32,000 bases of DNA from Desulfosporosinus metallidurans. Lineage in GTDB: Bacteria; Bacillota; Desulfitobacteriia; Desulfitobacteriales; Desulfitobacteriaceae. Positions 16,580-27,411 of the stretch are shown one piece after another; positions within the stretch are counted from its first letter, which is position 1, and each line of letters begins with the position of its first letter. The notes beneath the pieces were generated by a model. That model did not search any database, was not told the origin of the DNA, and saw only the letters and a list, made by a program, of their open reading frames with translations. A program made the translations under genes and the position numbers. Location of the stretch: contig NZ_MLBF01000025.1 of NCBI RefSeq assembly GCF_001936615.1, forward strand, positions 17,824 to 49,823, written 5' to 3'.

Positions 16580-19111
16580 TTAATATAGAGTTTGGTACAT
16601 CCGCAGTGTGAACACTTCATCCCGATAAAGTTCCACCTTACCCGCCCGCATCGTCTCAATCCTCAAGTGGCATGTTTCCCCCAGTGCATAGTGGCTTTCC
16701 GCTAAGGTAAATACAACCGATACATTCCGTTCCATCGCCTCACCCGTCAAATCAAACGTATAAATCACTTCATTAGAAATTCTCTCGTCATCCTTATAGA
16801 AAGCCATCTTAACCTGACGAGGTAATACATCGCTGGTAATCCTTTGTTCTTGGTAGAAAGTTACTTGTTGCCGGTAGTTAGTAATAATCTTATCAGGAGT
16901 TGCTAGGTTAACGTTGACTAGTTCGGCATCGGCTGTGCGACGATAATCGATCAAGGGAATCACCACTTCCTGGGGCATGGCTCCACCATGAATGAATTGC
17001 AACCCGCCTGCTCCGATAAAACGATTTAGCCCTTTAGCGATCACTGCCTCACAATTAAGGGATACTGCTTCTACCGGAAGGCGAATGGCTCCTTCCGGAA
17101 CGGTTAAGCCCTTTCCTAAAGCAAAACGCCGGTTTTTATCATAGATTTCGCCTGTGACCGCCTTGACCTTGGCGTCCGCTTCGACCTTGTTATATTGAAA
17201 TAGGAAGCCGTGATCAGAGGTGATAAAGATTCGCTTAGCCTGAAGGCGTGAAAGTTTGTCGACGGCATCTTTTAAGACCACAATCGTTCGTTCGACCGCA
17301 TCATAGGTCTCCCGTTCGGTTTTAGTTGTATCTCCCGTTGCGTCAATCACGTCATGGTACAAATAAACCAAGCGTTTTCGCTTGAACTTCTCATCGGCCA
17401 CGCTGGTGGACCAATCCATGAAATCCCCCAAACGATAGCTTACCGACTCCGGACAATGCGCTTGCAAAACCATCTCGCGATTGGCCAAACCACGGGTGGA
17501 CTTGCCATCGACATAGACCGTTCCACCTTCATCAATGCGCATTTCACGGTGGGGCAAGAGGCACGCCATACCCAATTGGGTATAACTTGGTAAACTAACC
17601 TGCATGGGTTGAATCGTTGCCTCGCCATTGATGCGTTGATTGAGCTGTTCTCTTAAATCTTGCCCCACTTCATACCGCAAGGCATCGGAGATGATCACGA
17701 AAATCTTCGTCTGTTCCTTATTTATAATAGGGCGGATTTGTTCGGTGTAAAATCGTTCTTGTTTCAATATTTTACCCTTATGTTCAATAGTCCCCTCACT
17801 TAACCAATCATTGGTTTGATTCGCCAGATGGAGAAGATAAACGTTTTCATACCAATTGGTCAGTTGTTCTATTAAAGGGTGCAACAACTCTCTTTGTTCT
17901 AGGTGCCAGTAGTTTTGCATCAAGTGTCGGTAAGCTTGGTCAATTTTGTACCATTCACTGGCGTAGAGGCTTAAGAAATTCCCCCACGATGCCGAATTAG
18001 AAGCATATTTTTTGAGCAGTGTTTTTAGCTCAGTAAGTTTTACTACGTCACTCAGCACATTATAATAACCGGCGAGTTTCTCTTTTTTTCCCCAGTGGGA
18101 CTGCCTGTGATAATTAATCCGCTCACTCCAAGCACTTAGATCAGCCGTTTGATGCATGATCTGTTCGATCATTTGCTCGATCAGTAACCCCTCTATCGAG
18201 GGAAACGTCGTGGTGAGATCATACCCCTCGAGCGACTTTGCTCTGAGTTGCTCAGGGATCCTAAACTTGGATTCAAAATCTCTAATATATCCCTCTAACT
18301 GCTCTACCTTCTGCTTTTCTTCCCGAAACCAGTCGTCAATAAAGAGTGCACAGGTATTCGGTAAGATCGATTTCAAGCTTTCCATTAAAGGGGGATCAAT
18401 GCGCGCTGCGCTGGCGAAATGTTGATAAATCAAGCTTTCCATCAATTCTAGTAAAGGACTACTATCCCCCTCGATCACAATTCCAAAGTGCGGTAGGATC
18501 AACTCCCACATGCGCTTTAAGGAGAAGAACTTGGCAACCTTTTTTAGGCCCTCATTGTAAGCAGAATCAAGCCCTAAATGTAAGAGCTGTTTGGTTAAGT
18601 CAGGAATGGTCATCGAGGGGGAGCCGCTAAGTACCGCGAGCATAGCGATTTCGACCGTCTTCTGATCTGAATGGGCCGGTAACATGCGTTTTAACTTGTG
18701 CTTACGTTCTTTACCTTTAAAGAAGGCCGCATAACGTTCAACCAGGGGGCGGATTTCCTGATCGTCTACCTGCAGTTCCGCGACTACCATGGCCACTTCA
18801 TCCGACTTAAACTCTGCTCCGTAAAGCAGGATATCCAACAAGTAATTCTTTTCATCATGGGGTCGCGGAAAAGAGGCATAGAGAACAAACGAAGTTTGAG
18901 GATGTTTAATTTCGATGTCGTATTTCAGCCGAAAGAAATTATTTTGGGTTATGCGACGCACTTCAATTTCTTCTGGCGCAAATTCTTGTTCTAACTCAGT
19001 AAAGTCCATCTGTTCACTGGCATCATACCAGAATAGTATAGCCCGTTGTTTAGAGTCTTTCTCTTGGGTAATTTTTTCGCGCAAAGACTGTAGCAAATCC
19101 ATTTTTCTCAA
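16580..19111 (-). CDS. pglZ: BREX PglZ, alkaline-phosphatase-superfamily protein
   Basis: 843 aa with FVIISDALRYEVG and IFITSDHGFLF metal-site-like motifs, positioned directly after pglX. The start is either TTG 19111 or ATG 19102. Confidence 0.85.
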   Translation of the reverse strand: MRKMDLLQSLREKITQEKDSKQRAILFWYDASEQMDFTELEQEFAPEEIEVRRITQNNFFRLKYDIEIKHPQTSFVLYASFPRPHDEKNYLLDILLYGAEFKSDEVAMVVAELQVDDQEIRPLVERYAAFFKGKERKHKLKRMLPAHSDQKTVEIAMLAVLSGSPSMTIPDLTKQLLHLGLDSAYNEGLKKVAKFFSLKRMWELILPHFGIVIEGDSSPLLELMESLIYQHFASAARIDPPLMESLKSILPNTCALFIDDWFREEKQKVEQLEGYIRDFESKFRIPEQLRAKSLEGYDLTTTFPSIEGLLIEQMIEQIMHQTADLSAWSERINYHRQSHWGKKEKLAGYYNVLSDVVKLTELKTLLKKYASNSASWGNFLSLYASEWYKIDQAYRHLMQNYWHLEQRELLHPLIEQLTNWYENVYLLHLANQTNDWLSEGTIEHKGKILKQERFYTEQIRPIINKEQTKIFVIISDALRYEVGQDLREQLNQRINGEATIQPMQVSLPSYTQLGMACLLPHREMRIDEGGTVYVDGKSTRGLANREMVLQAHCPESVSYRLGDFMDWSTSVADEKFKRKRLVYLYHDVIDATGDTTKTERETYDAVERTIVVLKDAVDKLSRLQAKRIFITSDHGFLFQYNKVEADAKVKAVTGEIYDKNRRFALGKGLTVPEGAIRLPVEAVSLNCEAVIAKGLNRFIGAGGLQFIHGGAMPQEVVIPLIDYRRTADAELVNVNLATPDKIITNYRQQVTFYQEQRITSDVLPRQVKMAFYKDDERISNEVIYTFDLTGEAMERNVSVVFTLAESHYALGETCHLRIETMRAGKVELYRDEVFTLRMYQTLY

Positions 19112-19141
19112 CCCTTTCCCGAGTTCAACCTCTGTGCCAAC

Positions 19142-22100
19142 TTAGATTCTGGCAAGTACCTTCTGCAGCTTCGCATAATTTACTTTCACCCCATCGTCTA
19201 ACTCTAAAGCAATCTGAGCATTGGCATACTCCGCTAGGACCTTATCAAATTCCATTAGCTCCTCGATTCGCTTGCGAAAGAGTTCTTTCTTCTTCTCAAA
19301 GCCCCGCTTCTCTAGGGCACTTAAGGATGGGTTAGCTAAACGCATTTCCAAAGTATCAATCTCATTGCGATACTTAGCTTGGATTTCTTGCAATTGTTCG
19401 AAACGAATCGTGGCCAGGGTATCCGGTTGATAGCGGTGAAGGTAGATAAGCGTGCGTAAACCTTTCGCATTGCCGGAATCAACCAGCCAGTAAATGGGAC
19501 GCTTCTGGTAGATTTGAGTATGGTCTCTAAAGAACTCGTCCAAGAAATAGCGTCGAATTCTCTCCTCAGGTGATTCATTATTTCTCTGGGTAAGTGATTC
19601 AGCGATCCAAGCCAGATTTTCCTCGACGGTGTCTTCACTGAAAGTGACAGAGAGAAATGTTTTTAGGCGGGAGATAATATCATTTTCAAAATAGGCGTCA
19701 TCTGTTAAGAGGATCAGACCATACCTATTCGGAGTGAATTTGTGATAGTTTGACGCGTCCCATTCCCCGCCAACATAGGCCAGACCCTCGAGATCGAGTG
19801 AGTATCTACCCATGACGCAGCCGACAAAGTAGGATAAGAACGATTTAGTGTCACGCAGGCGATCAGCTTTGCGAACAGTTACTTCTTCGTCTAGGACTTC
19901 AGGGGTGAGTTCGTCTTGGAGACCGTATAGGTCGATGAAGATGCGGTTTAGGGATTCTTCGTTGGATTTGAGTTGGGAGAATCTGTTTTCTGCTTCGTTA
20001 ACCCATTCCGAATAAGCATCCGAGAGTGTGGAAATTTTCTCTTGATAGCACAACCACGGATGATTTATAAAATCCCATGATGTTTCTGAGGAATTCCAAT
20101 CATCACCAGAGATACTTATGGATGAAAGAGATAGTTTATTAATATCTTCTTTTTCTAGCGGATTTATAATAGGTATGGATGCTATATTACCCACTTGAAA
20201 GTTCAATGTTGGGTTAACCATAGACAAAAAATAATAAGATAATTTACTTGTGAGAAGAGCAAGATAAAATGGAAACTCACCATTCTGAAGGAAAATACTT
20301 GATCCTCCTACGTCGAATAAAAAGCCCATGGGCGAATAACGCACACCGAAATTAGAAGAACTTACAAAAGACCACGTAATACATTCTCTAAAATAAAACG
20401 AAATATTTTTTATTGTTCTGGTTGGGCTTTTGTAAAGCTTCGTTGCATATTTCATTACTTCCTGCCCATCATTTTCCCAATTTACAATGTACTCCTGATT
20501 TCCATACCATTTTCTAAATGACCCGCCCTTATTATAAGGGAACCACTTTCTCTCACTTCTAAGTGCCTCATTAGAATCTGAGAAGCCAAATCCTACTTTT
20601 CTTATATCTACTTCAAACCACAATCGCAAAAATCGCCCATTGTCAGACGTGGCCATTCCTTGTCTTGGCTTTGCAATTTCATCTAATTTCGGATTTTCTA
20701 CAAATATTCTCCGTACTTTTTTAGATGCCCAATAAGCAATGGGTGAACCAGGAATGTCATGAAATTCCTTTTGTGTTGTTACATACTCATGTTTTCTTGC
20801 TATAAAAGCCTCTTCTTTGTCTTGGGCATTTGTATATTCTAGTAATCTAGAATACCTCGTTTCGGCTTCTCCTAAAACCACGCTGCGCAATACAAAGGTC
20901 GTACTCTGTACCACTTCACCACCAATTTCCTCAAATGCCCGCGGACCAAGGTGAATCATTGACAATATCGTTTCTTCTTTTAATATCTTTAAACGCAAAT
21001 TCTCGTAACTACTTAAAAACATCCAAGAATGCTGATTAATCGCTGCATGAAATCCGTTTTGTTTCGTGAACTCAAGGCAGCGTTCCATAAATACAGCGAA
21101 TAAATCAGCCTTGCTATCTTTATAATTCTCTTGCAGAAACTCTGACAACTTTGAGTTCATTCCTTTAGTACCCATATAGGGCGGGTTAGTAATGACAATT
21201 TCGTATTGGTCTTCAAGCGCCTTCGCTTGCCTTAATAGTTGTTCAAGTCTCAACAATAGCTTTCTATCGTCGCTCATAAATAAGCTCTGGTCAATCTGGG
21301 TCTTTAACCACTCCACTTTACCGAAATACTTATTGAAATCCATCTGACTGGGTCTCAAAATACTACCATAATTTTTGGCATCAATAAATACCCGTAATAA
21401 CATCTTTAATTGCTCTGCTTCTACATCATTTTCCGCAATAAGAGAAACAACTTCCTTCGTTGATAAGCCATTCGATTCTTGAATCGAAATAATATTCATC
21501 ATTGGAGGATTGCGGAAAATTCGTCTTGATTTCGCTCTCGCTTTCATGAAGAGCGCAAAAGATGCAAGTTGTGCCGCACGATCATCAATATCAATTCCGA
21601 ATAAGTTCTTTTCCAAAATAAGAGTTGGGATATCACTCACGACATAGCCCCGCTCTTCATATATGGCATAGAGCAAATCAAATGCGTAAACAAGAATATG
21701 TCCTGATCCACAGGCAGGGTCTAGCAAGCGAATATTTTCAGGTGATAGGTTAGGATTTCTCAGCTCTTCTAGCTGTTTATTCACTCCTTCTGATTGTTCA
21801 ACTGGTTCCACATAATAGCGCATTCCCGACTTTAGCGACGATCCAGGATGTGATTCTAACCAAAGGGTCCCCAGAGAATTCTCGACCATATAGCGTACAA
21901 TCCAGTTGGGTGTGAAGAGTTGTGTTGCTGCAGGGATTTCTTCTTTTCTGATTTTGATGTTTTTCTTTAATCTGGCGAAAACATCATCCTTCTTCTCAGA
22001 AATATAGTACTGATACAACCACCCAATCACTTCGACTTCCCGAAAACTGGCAGTCAGCTCCTCATCCTTCACCAGCTTATTAATCACAGACTCACTGTCT

Positions 22101-22642
22101 AACAAGAAATCAGGCAAGAGCAATTCCGTAAAGTCGTCTATCCTCTCGAACATAAACGGTAAAATAGGTTGCAGAGCATTACATTGGGCAATAAATAACT
22201 TGCGATAAGCTTCTTCATGTTTACCCGCTTCAAGCAATTGGCTGATGGCGATTTTATCAACCTCTAACTCCATACCGGCATAGTGGAGTACAATGTCAGG
22301 CTCTACTTTCCCCGTACTGCTAGAGAGCACATTCACCCGCTCCGGGAGATACTCATGAATCTCCATATACCGGATGGCAATAATACGATTAAACCAAATA
22401 TAGGCTGCTTCTTCTAGCAATTGTTCATATCCTTTTTGGGTATATTGATCCCGCAACACGTCGAATGTTCCTTCCACAGTGAGGGGATAAGCAAGCTTAT
22501 TAACCATAAGTTTCTCACCTTGGCGCTCTGATTTCAAATTATTTTCGGCATCAATCCCGAAGAGCTGTGCTCTTAAAGACACTTTATGAATTAACTCTTT
22601 GCGCGCCGATACGGCAAACGATTTGAGTGCTGCTTTATTCAT
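19142..22642 (-). CDS. pglX: BREX PglX, N6-adenine DNA methyltransferase
   Basis: SAM motif LLDPACGSGHIL and catalytic IVITNPPYMG. MNKAALKSFAVSARKEL is a typical PglX N-terminus, so I prefer the ATG at 22642 (GGAGGG upstream) over the listed TTG at 22660. Confidence 0.9.
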   Translation of the reverse strand: MNKAALKSFAVSARKELIHKVSLRAQLFGIDAENNLKSERQGEKLMVNKLAYPLTVEGTFDVLRDQYTQKGYEQLLEEAAYIWFNRIIAIRYMEIHEYLPERVNVLSSSTGKVEPDIVLHYAGMELEVDKIAISQLLEAGKHEEAYRKLFIAQCNALQPILPFMFERIDDFTELLLPDFLLDSESVINKLVKDEELTASFREVEVIGWLYQYYISEKKDDVFARLKKNIKIRKEEIPAATQLFTPNWIVRYMVENSLGTLWLESHPGSSLKSGMRYYVEPVEQSEGVNKQLEELRNPNLSPENIRLLDPACGSGHILVYAFDLLYAIYEERGYVVSDIPTLILEKNLFGIDIDDRAAQLASFALFMKARAKSRRIFRNPPMMNIISIQESNGLSTKEVVSLIAENDVEAEQLKMLLRVFIDAKNYGSILRPSQMDFNKYFGKVEWLKTQIDQSLFMSDDRKLLLRLEQLLRQAKALEDQYEIVITNPPYMGTKGMNSKLSEFLQENYKDSKADLFAVFMERCLEFTKQNGFHAAINQHSWMFLSSYENLRLKILKEETILSMIHLGPRAFEEIGGEVVQSTTFVLRSVVLGEAETRYSRLLEYTNAQDKEEAFIARKHEYVTTQKEFHDIPGSPIAYWASKKVRRIFVENPKLDEIAKPRQGMATSDNGRFLRLWFEVDIRKVGFGFSDSNEALRSERKWFPYNKGGSFRKWYGNQEYIVNWENDGQEVMKYATKLYKSPTRTIKNISFYFRECITWSFVSSSNFGVRYSPMGFLFDVGGSSIFLQNGEFPFYLALLTSKLSYYFLSMVNPTLNFQVGNIASIPIINPLEKEDINKLSLSSISISGDDWNSSETSWDFINHPWLCYQEKISTLSDAYSEWVNEAENRFSQLKSNEESLNRIFIDLYGLQDELTPEVLDEEVTVRKADRLRDTKSFLSYFVGCVMGRYSLDLEGLAYVGGEWDASNYHKFTPNRYGLILLTDDAYFENDIISRLKTFLSVTFSEDTVEENLAWIAESLTQRNNESPEERIRRYFLDEFFRDHTQIYQKRPIYWLVDSGNAKGLRTLIYLHRYQPDTLATIRFEQLQEIQAKYRNEIDTLEMRLANPSLSALEKRGFEKKKELFRKRIEELMEFDKVLAEYANAQIALELDDGVKVNYAKLQKVLARI

Positions 22643-22669
22643 CACTTGTATTCCCTCCAAGCTCTCTAC

Positions 22670-25600
22670 CTAATCACTCTTCTTAAGATTACTCACTTTC
22701 AATTGTTCCATTAAACTAGTGCGCAGGTGTTTAATAGCATCGTCTAGTTCATCTAACGTCGTGATCTGCTGTCTCGAATTAAAAAAGAGATTATAGAGGT
22801 CTTTCTCTCGCAAGGCCCTGGTGGGCTTTTCATAGACGCCTGTTGGCTGATAAGGGGCCTTTTCTTTAATCTCTAATTTCTGGAGAGCTTCCATCTTACT
22901 AGCCTTCTTAGCAAAATGTTTCACTTGTTCATTGCACTCCAGTTGAAGAGATCGGATGGTTAACATGCTTGTTTCCTTGACAATACGCTCTTTGAGTTGT
23001 TCTAGGGTCCTTTGTCCTTCACTGAGCATCACTAGAATCGGTTCATTGTCTACATAATAATCAATCAATTCCTGATTTTGAGCTAAGGTGCCCTCCACCT
23101 GCTCCCCAATTCTTTGGCGGGCGGTTTCCACATGCTCCGAGAGCTTAGTTTTGAGCTGTTCTTGAAGCAGCGGCAAATTTGGAATCTGTTGGTAAGGTTT
23201 AGGGCTCGTTAGAATTGTATCGATTTGCAGTTTTAGATAATTAATATCCCGATCATTAATCAGCGAGATATCCTGCTCGAATTTCTTAAGCAGTTCGACC
23301 GAACTATCAAAATATTCGATGGGCTTGCGCTCATAAAAGGAGTTTAGGGTATTAAGTTCCTCAAGCCACTCATCCACTTGGTCCTCTGCTTGGATAAATT
23401 GACTCACAAGGTCTTCATCATCACTAAGGCTCAGTAAAGGATTTGTCCCCATTTTTATGCGACTAATTTCCCCTTCACCTGGGTAGGCATACCCCGTGGC
23501 GCTCTTTCTACGTTCTTCAATTTTGCCCAGCGGTTTTATGAACTTATCGTTTAAGGCCTCTTTGATAGCACTGCCCATTTCCTCGTAAGAATCTCCAATG
23601 GCATCGTTACCAAAATACTCGCGGAAAATTGCAAAGAGTTTTCTACGCGCTTCTGAACCAGGCACTTTTACAGCGCTCACCAAGATGCGGTCCCGTTCCT
23701 GTTGCTTACTTAATCGATCATAAAAGTTGGGATGGGTTGGTGTGAATGAGTCACCTGCATACGTTAACTTGACTTTGACATCATGATACAAGGCCAAGAC
23801 TAGGGCAATCGTGTCATATTCGTTCCAGCCAAATGGAACGGCACTGAATTTATCGATGATGCCTTTTAAGGCGACCTTTTCGTGAGAATGTCCCTTCCCT
23901 TCCATGTACAGTTTTACTTCTTCATAAGCATTTCCATTTTCCATGCCTTCAATCGTGGCCTGTAATCCGCCGGTTACCATGGAAATCCAGGCCTGCTTAT
24001 AATCTTTATAGGTAATCGACTGATCAAGATAAGTCAGCTTTGTGTACGTGTTACGCACTAACATGTCCAAAGCACCCGTCAGCTTGTTCTCAAAGGTGCC
24101 GTTAAAATTCCGTTCTTGGCTTTGGATAAAAAACCGAGATTTCTCGCAAGCTCGTCCCATCAGGTGCTCTGCTTTCTTCTCAAACCCCTCAATTTGATTG
24201 ATCTTGGCATCATAAATTCGTTGCTGACTGGGAGTGGTACTTGAGGATTTTTTGCGTGTTGTATAGCTAAGGATCTGTTTGACATATTTTAGGGCACCCT
24301 CAGCTTCGGCAATCCGCTCAGGATCCAAACAAACGGCTAAGACCCCTTCATTAGATTTTAAAGCCGCTTCACTATCACTGATCTGCCCACCATAAACCTG
24401 TACAGTTAGAGAATGGGTCATTGTAGTACGCACATAATTATCAAATCGTTTATTATAGTCAAATTCCTTTTTGTCATAGCTAATCTTCACCTTGGTATAG
24501 ATCTTATCGAAAAACATCTTCCCTAGGAGCTCTTTGAGCATCCCGGGATCGACGGGTTCATTATGTATCTCACGATTGATTTCCTGCTCTTCATCGGATA
24601 GGAAGGAGTAAGTCTGATCAGCATGTTGCTCAATATACCTCGTCTGTTCTAAGCGAGACAACGCTTCCTTGACCCCGTTTTCCAGAGGTAAACGTTCGTA
24701 GTGAAGGTTGGGCATCAGCAGAGTTGCTACATTGTTCGCCGTTGCTTTGATATCCTCAATACCCTTGATCATATAAAGAACGATTAACACTTCCACATCA
24801 AAATCCTGCAAACCTTCGTGATTGTGCGCCAGATCCTCGGCTCGAACAATCGTACTAGTAATGGAGGAATCTAAGAAATTGCGGATTGATGGATAGAAAT
24901 CGGCCATCGTGACTAAGTGCGTGGTATCTTGCTCGGCCTTCAGGAGGCAGGCTTCTTGGAAGGCTTTGAGCAGGGAACGTTCCCCATGCGCAAGATGCGC
25001 CCCACCTTCTCCTTGGGTTCGAATCTTATGAAAGACCTCTTTGAGCAACTCTACCTGATAGGGAACGAAAGGATAGAGTTCCACGAACTCCAGATTCGTT
25101 CGATAAGCCATCCGCAATTGAGTGGTACCCGGCTCAAAGGATAAGCGATTGCGGATCATTTGCTCTTCTTGGTCATAGCGAAGGGTCAAACTTGCGGCAG
25201 CCGTTTCAGTTTTTTCAAGCAAGCGGCGTTTAAGAACCTCATCCGTATTGGCACTCGATAAATTGATACGCGTGACAAAGCGTCCCTGAATCTTGGAAAA
25301 ATCATCCGTACTTTTTAAATTAATGGCAGATTCAATTTTTTCTTGGGAGGTGACGATCACCCAAGCTTGTCCCATGGTCGCATTGCCAATTCTTTCGACC
25401 ACAGTTTGTAAGTTAAGCATTAAGTCCGAATCTGTTCCGATATACTGACCAACTTCATCTGCTAGGAAGACCAGACGGTAATCGGGACCCCGATTTTGAC
25501 AATAGTTTGCTATTAAATCCGCCAGCTTATCTGCTGTCATCTCCAAGGAATCCTTAGCTGACGTAAGAAATTGTTTCGCTGATTCTTCGTCAACTCCCAG

Positions 25601-26242
25601 ATTGACTAAGGCCCGGATAATTTCTTTTCGTTTAAGGCGGATTTTTAAGCGAATCTCTTCCCAAGGGGATCCTGTGACCCGAAAGATTTCGTCTTCAAAG
25701 GACGAATAAATTCCTTCACTCTCTAGTTGACGTTCGATATCAGCGACCCAGATCGTATCCGAGTAGCCCAGGTGGATATTAAAAACTCGCAGGAACACTT
25801 CAACGATCCGTTCTTTATTACTGGCGCTGGAAGACGATTTGGCATCGATGTTAAAGAGCACAGCATCACTCGGTTTGCCGGCCACTTTTTGCATCATGTC
25901 CAGTAATTCATGATCGTCGGTCTTGTCTAGAAAATAATCAACCGGTCTCTTTCCAGCCACTTCTTGGTTATCTAGGAGGTAAGAGAGGATTTTTAAAAAA
26001 TGGGATTTACCAGAACCAAAGAAACCCGAAATCCAGACACCCATATCTGTGCTGGGTCGCTGATAGAGCGCGAGATAATATTTATAGAAGGCTTTGATGT
26101 AACGTGTGCCTTCATCAGTCATGACGTATTCTTCAAGTTCTATTTTCATGGTTTCCAGGTCTACTTGCCCTGCTTGCACAACGCCGTTAATATTGCGCTT
26201 AATGTTTTTCTTAAAGATCTGTTCGATGAGCAACGTTTCCAT
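22670..26242 (-). CDS. brxC: BREX BrxC/PglY, large P-loop ATPase
   Basis: 1190 aa with Walker A ISGFFGSGKSHFLK near residue 75, positioned between brxB and pglX. Confidence 0.9.
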   Translation of the reverse strand: METLLIEQIFKKNIKRNINGVVQAGQVDLETMKIELEEYVMTDEGTRYIKAFYKYYLALYQRPSTDMGVWISGFFGSGKSHFLKILSYLLDNQEVAGKRPVDYFLDKTDDHELLDMMQKVAGKPSDAVLFNIDAKSSSSASNKERIVEVFLRVFNIHLGYSDTIWVADIERQLESEGIYSSFEDEIFRVTGSPWEEIRLKIRLKRKEIIRALVNLGVDEESAKQFLTSAKDSLEMTADKLADLIANYCQNRGPDYRLVFLADEVGQYIGTDSDLMLNLQTVVERIGNATMGQAWVIVTSQEKIESAINLKSTDDFSKIQGRFVTRINLSSANTDEVLKRRLLEKTETAAASLTLRYDQEEQMIRNRLSFEPGTTQLRMAYRTNLEFVELYPFVPYQVELLKEVFHKIRTQGEGGAHLAHGERSLLKAFQEACLLKAEQDTTHLVTMADFYPSIRNFLDSSITSTIVRAEDLAHNHEGLQDFDVEVLIVLYMIKGIEDIKATANNVATLLMPNLHYERLPLENGVKEALSRLEQTRYIEQHADQTYSFLSDEEQEINREIHNEPVDPGMLKELLGKMFFDKIYTKVKISYDKKEFDYNKRFDNYVRTTMTHSLTVQVYGGQISDSEAALKSNEGVLAVCLDPERIAEAEGALKYVKQILSYTTRKKSSSTTPSQQRIYDAKINQIEGFEKKAEHLMGRACEKSRFFIQSQERNFNGTFENKLTGALDMLVRNTYTKLTYLDQSITYKDYKQAWISMVTGGLQATIEGMENGNAYEEVKLYMEGKGHSHEKVALKGIIDKFSAVPFGWNEYDTIALVLALYHDVKVKLTYAGDSFTPTHPNFYDRLSKQQERDRILVSAVKVPGSEARRKLFAIFREYFGNDAIGDSYEEMGSAIKEALNDKFIKPLGKIEERRKSATGYAYPGEGEISRIKMGTNPLLSLSDDEDLVSQFIQAEDQVDEWLEELNTLNSFYERKPIEYFDSSVELLKKFEQDISLINDRDINYLKLQIDTILTSPKPYQQIPNLPLLQEQLKTKLSEHVETARQRIGEQVEGTLAQNQELIDYYVDNEPILVMLSEGQRTLEQLKERIVKETSMLTIRSLQLECNEQVKHFAKKASKMEALQKLEIKEKAPYQPTGVYEKPTRALREKDLYNLFFNSRQQITTLDELDDAIKHLRTSLMEQLKVSNLKKSD

Positions 26243-26262
26243 GAATTCATCTCCAGTTTTAG

Positions 26263-26817
26263 TTAGATTCTCGATAATTGGTATTGGTCTTCGTTATTGA
26301 GTTTATGAAATAAGCACAGATTAAGGCCCGTAAATTGCCCTGGGTAAAATAAAATGATCGTCCTTCGATAGGCGTAGGTTGATAATATCTTCAACAGTTT
26401 ACTCGATCGCATCAAGGGGAAAGCATTCCCCACTCCAGTGATCAAGATGAGCTCAGCATCCCCCGCAGCCTTGATAAAGGATTCGACTAACGTCTGTTCA
26501 TTAACTAAGACCGTTTCCGTGGACTCGACTAAGCCCGTAAGTCCCTCTTCATCACTAATCTCTAGGAGATCCTCTATGTCCCCCTCAAAGAGATTCAGAA
26601 AGAACTCAAAGAGATTAATAGTCTGAATCTTCATCGGCGATTGCTCAACAAGCACTTTTAAATATGTACGTACTTTAAGCTCATCCTCAGCAGGGTAATC
26701 AAATACATAATGGGGAATTTCGCTTCCTATTCCCTTGGGGGTGGTAAAACCCTGCTCGTGTATTCGAATTTTAACGTGGTTTAAGCGTTCATAAGTATCC
26801 GCAATCAATTCATGCAC
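26263..26817 (-). CDS. brxB: BREX BrxB (DUF1788-like)
   Basis: 184 aa, with a GTG start abutting the brxA stop. Assigned by size and conserved position in the brxA-brxB-brxC order. Confidence 0.7.
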   Translation of the reverse strand: MHELIADTYERLNHVKIRIHEQGFTTPKGIGSEIPHYVFDYPAEDELKVRTYLKVLVEQSPMKIQTINLFEFFLNLFEGDIEDLLEISDEEGLTGLVESTETVLVNEQTLVESFIKAAGDAELILITGVGNAFPLMRSSKLLKILSTYAYRRTIILFYPGQFTGLNLCLFHKLNNEDQYQLSRI

Positions 26818-27411
26818 CTACCTTAATGTCGTTAACAAGGCCAAGAGTGGAAAGTGAACGTGAGCGTATTCTTTTAACTGCTGGTTGATATGTAATGGAG
26901 TAATCCGGTAGACCTCTTTCTCCACCTTGGTCAGCAAGCCGCACTCACGAAAAAACATCAGCATAGAACTTATTAACCGCTGTTTTGTCCTTGGACTCCA
27001 GCGTGCAATCTCCTCAACTTCAGATTCTTTTCTTTCGAAAAATAAATCTAATTCGACCTTGCGCAAAAGCCCTTGATGATGGAGATAGTCATAAAGAACG
27101 ATCTCCCTGAAGAACTCATATGGCAGACGATACGAATGAAGATAACTATATAAGATCAACGCATTCTCCTCAAAACGAGTCCCTTCTATATAAGACTCCA
27201 GGAGGGTTTCGTCAAAGCTATTGATTCTTTGGAAAACCTTTTGTAGTTTGTCTCGGATTCCAGCTTCACTTCTCATCTGAAACAAATTATGGTCTAATAC
27301 TGCCTGTTCTATCTCTTTTCTCGATAAGCCTTTTTTTCTGAGGCGAAGTACCTCACGGATTTCTTGTTTGAATAGTCCCGCACTGGTAAACCCAGCAGAA
27401 TAATTTTTCAT
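26818..27411 (-). CDS. brxA: BREX BrxA (DUF1819-like)
   Basis: 197 aa and the first gene of the collinear cluster. Assigned by size and position. Confidence 0.7.
   Translation of the reverse strand: MKNYSAGFTSAGLFKQEIREVLRLRKKGLSRKEIEQAVLDHNLFQMRSEAGIRDKLQKVFQRINSFDETLLESYIEGTRFEENALILYSYLHSYRLPYEFFREIVLYDYLHHQGLLRKVELDLFFERKESEVEEIARWSPRTKQRLISSMLMFFRECGLLTKVEKEVYRITPLHINQQLKEYAHVHFPLLALLTTLR

Noticed and set aside
12402-26300. Numerous 60-120-aa plus-strand ORFs inside the helicase, pglZ, pglX, brxC and brxB
   Set aside because: All are antisense to long, motif-bearing minus-strand genes and have biased, low-complexity translations. These are typical shadow ORFs.
11341-27411. Search for brxL (Lon-like protease) or a brxR/WYL regulator in or beside the BREX locus
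   Set aside because: No ORF of suitable size or motif (Lon protease S-K dyad, AAA+ Lon-type, HTH-WYL) is present in the window.
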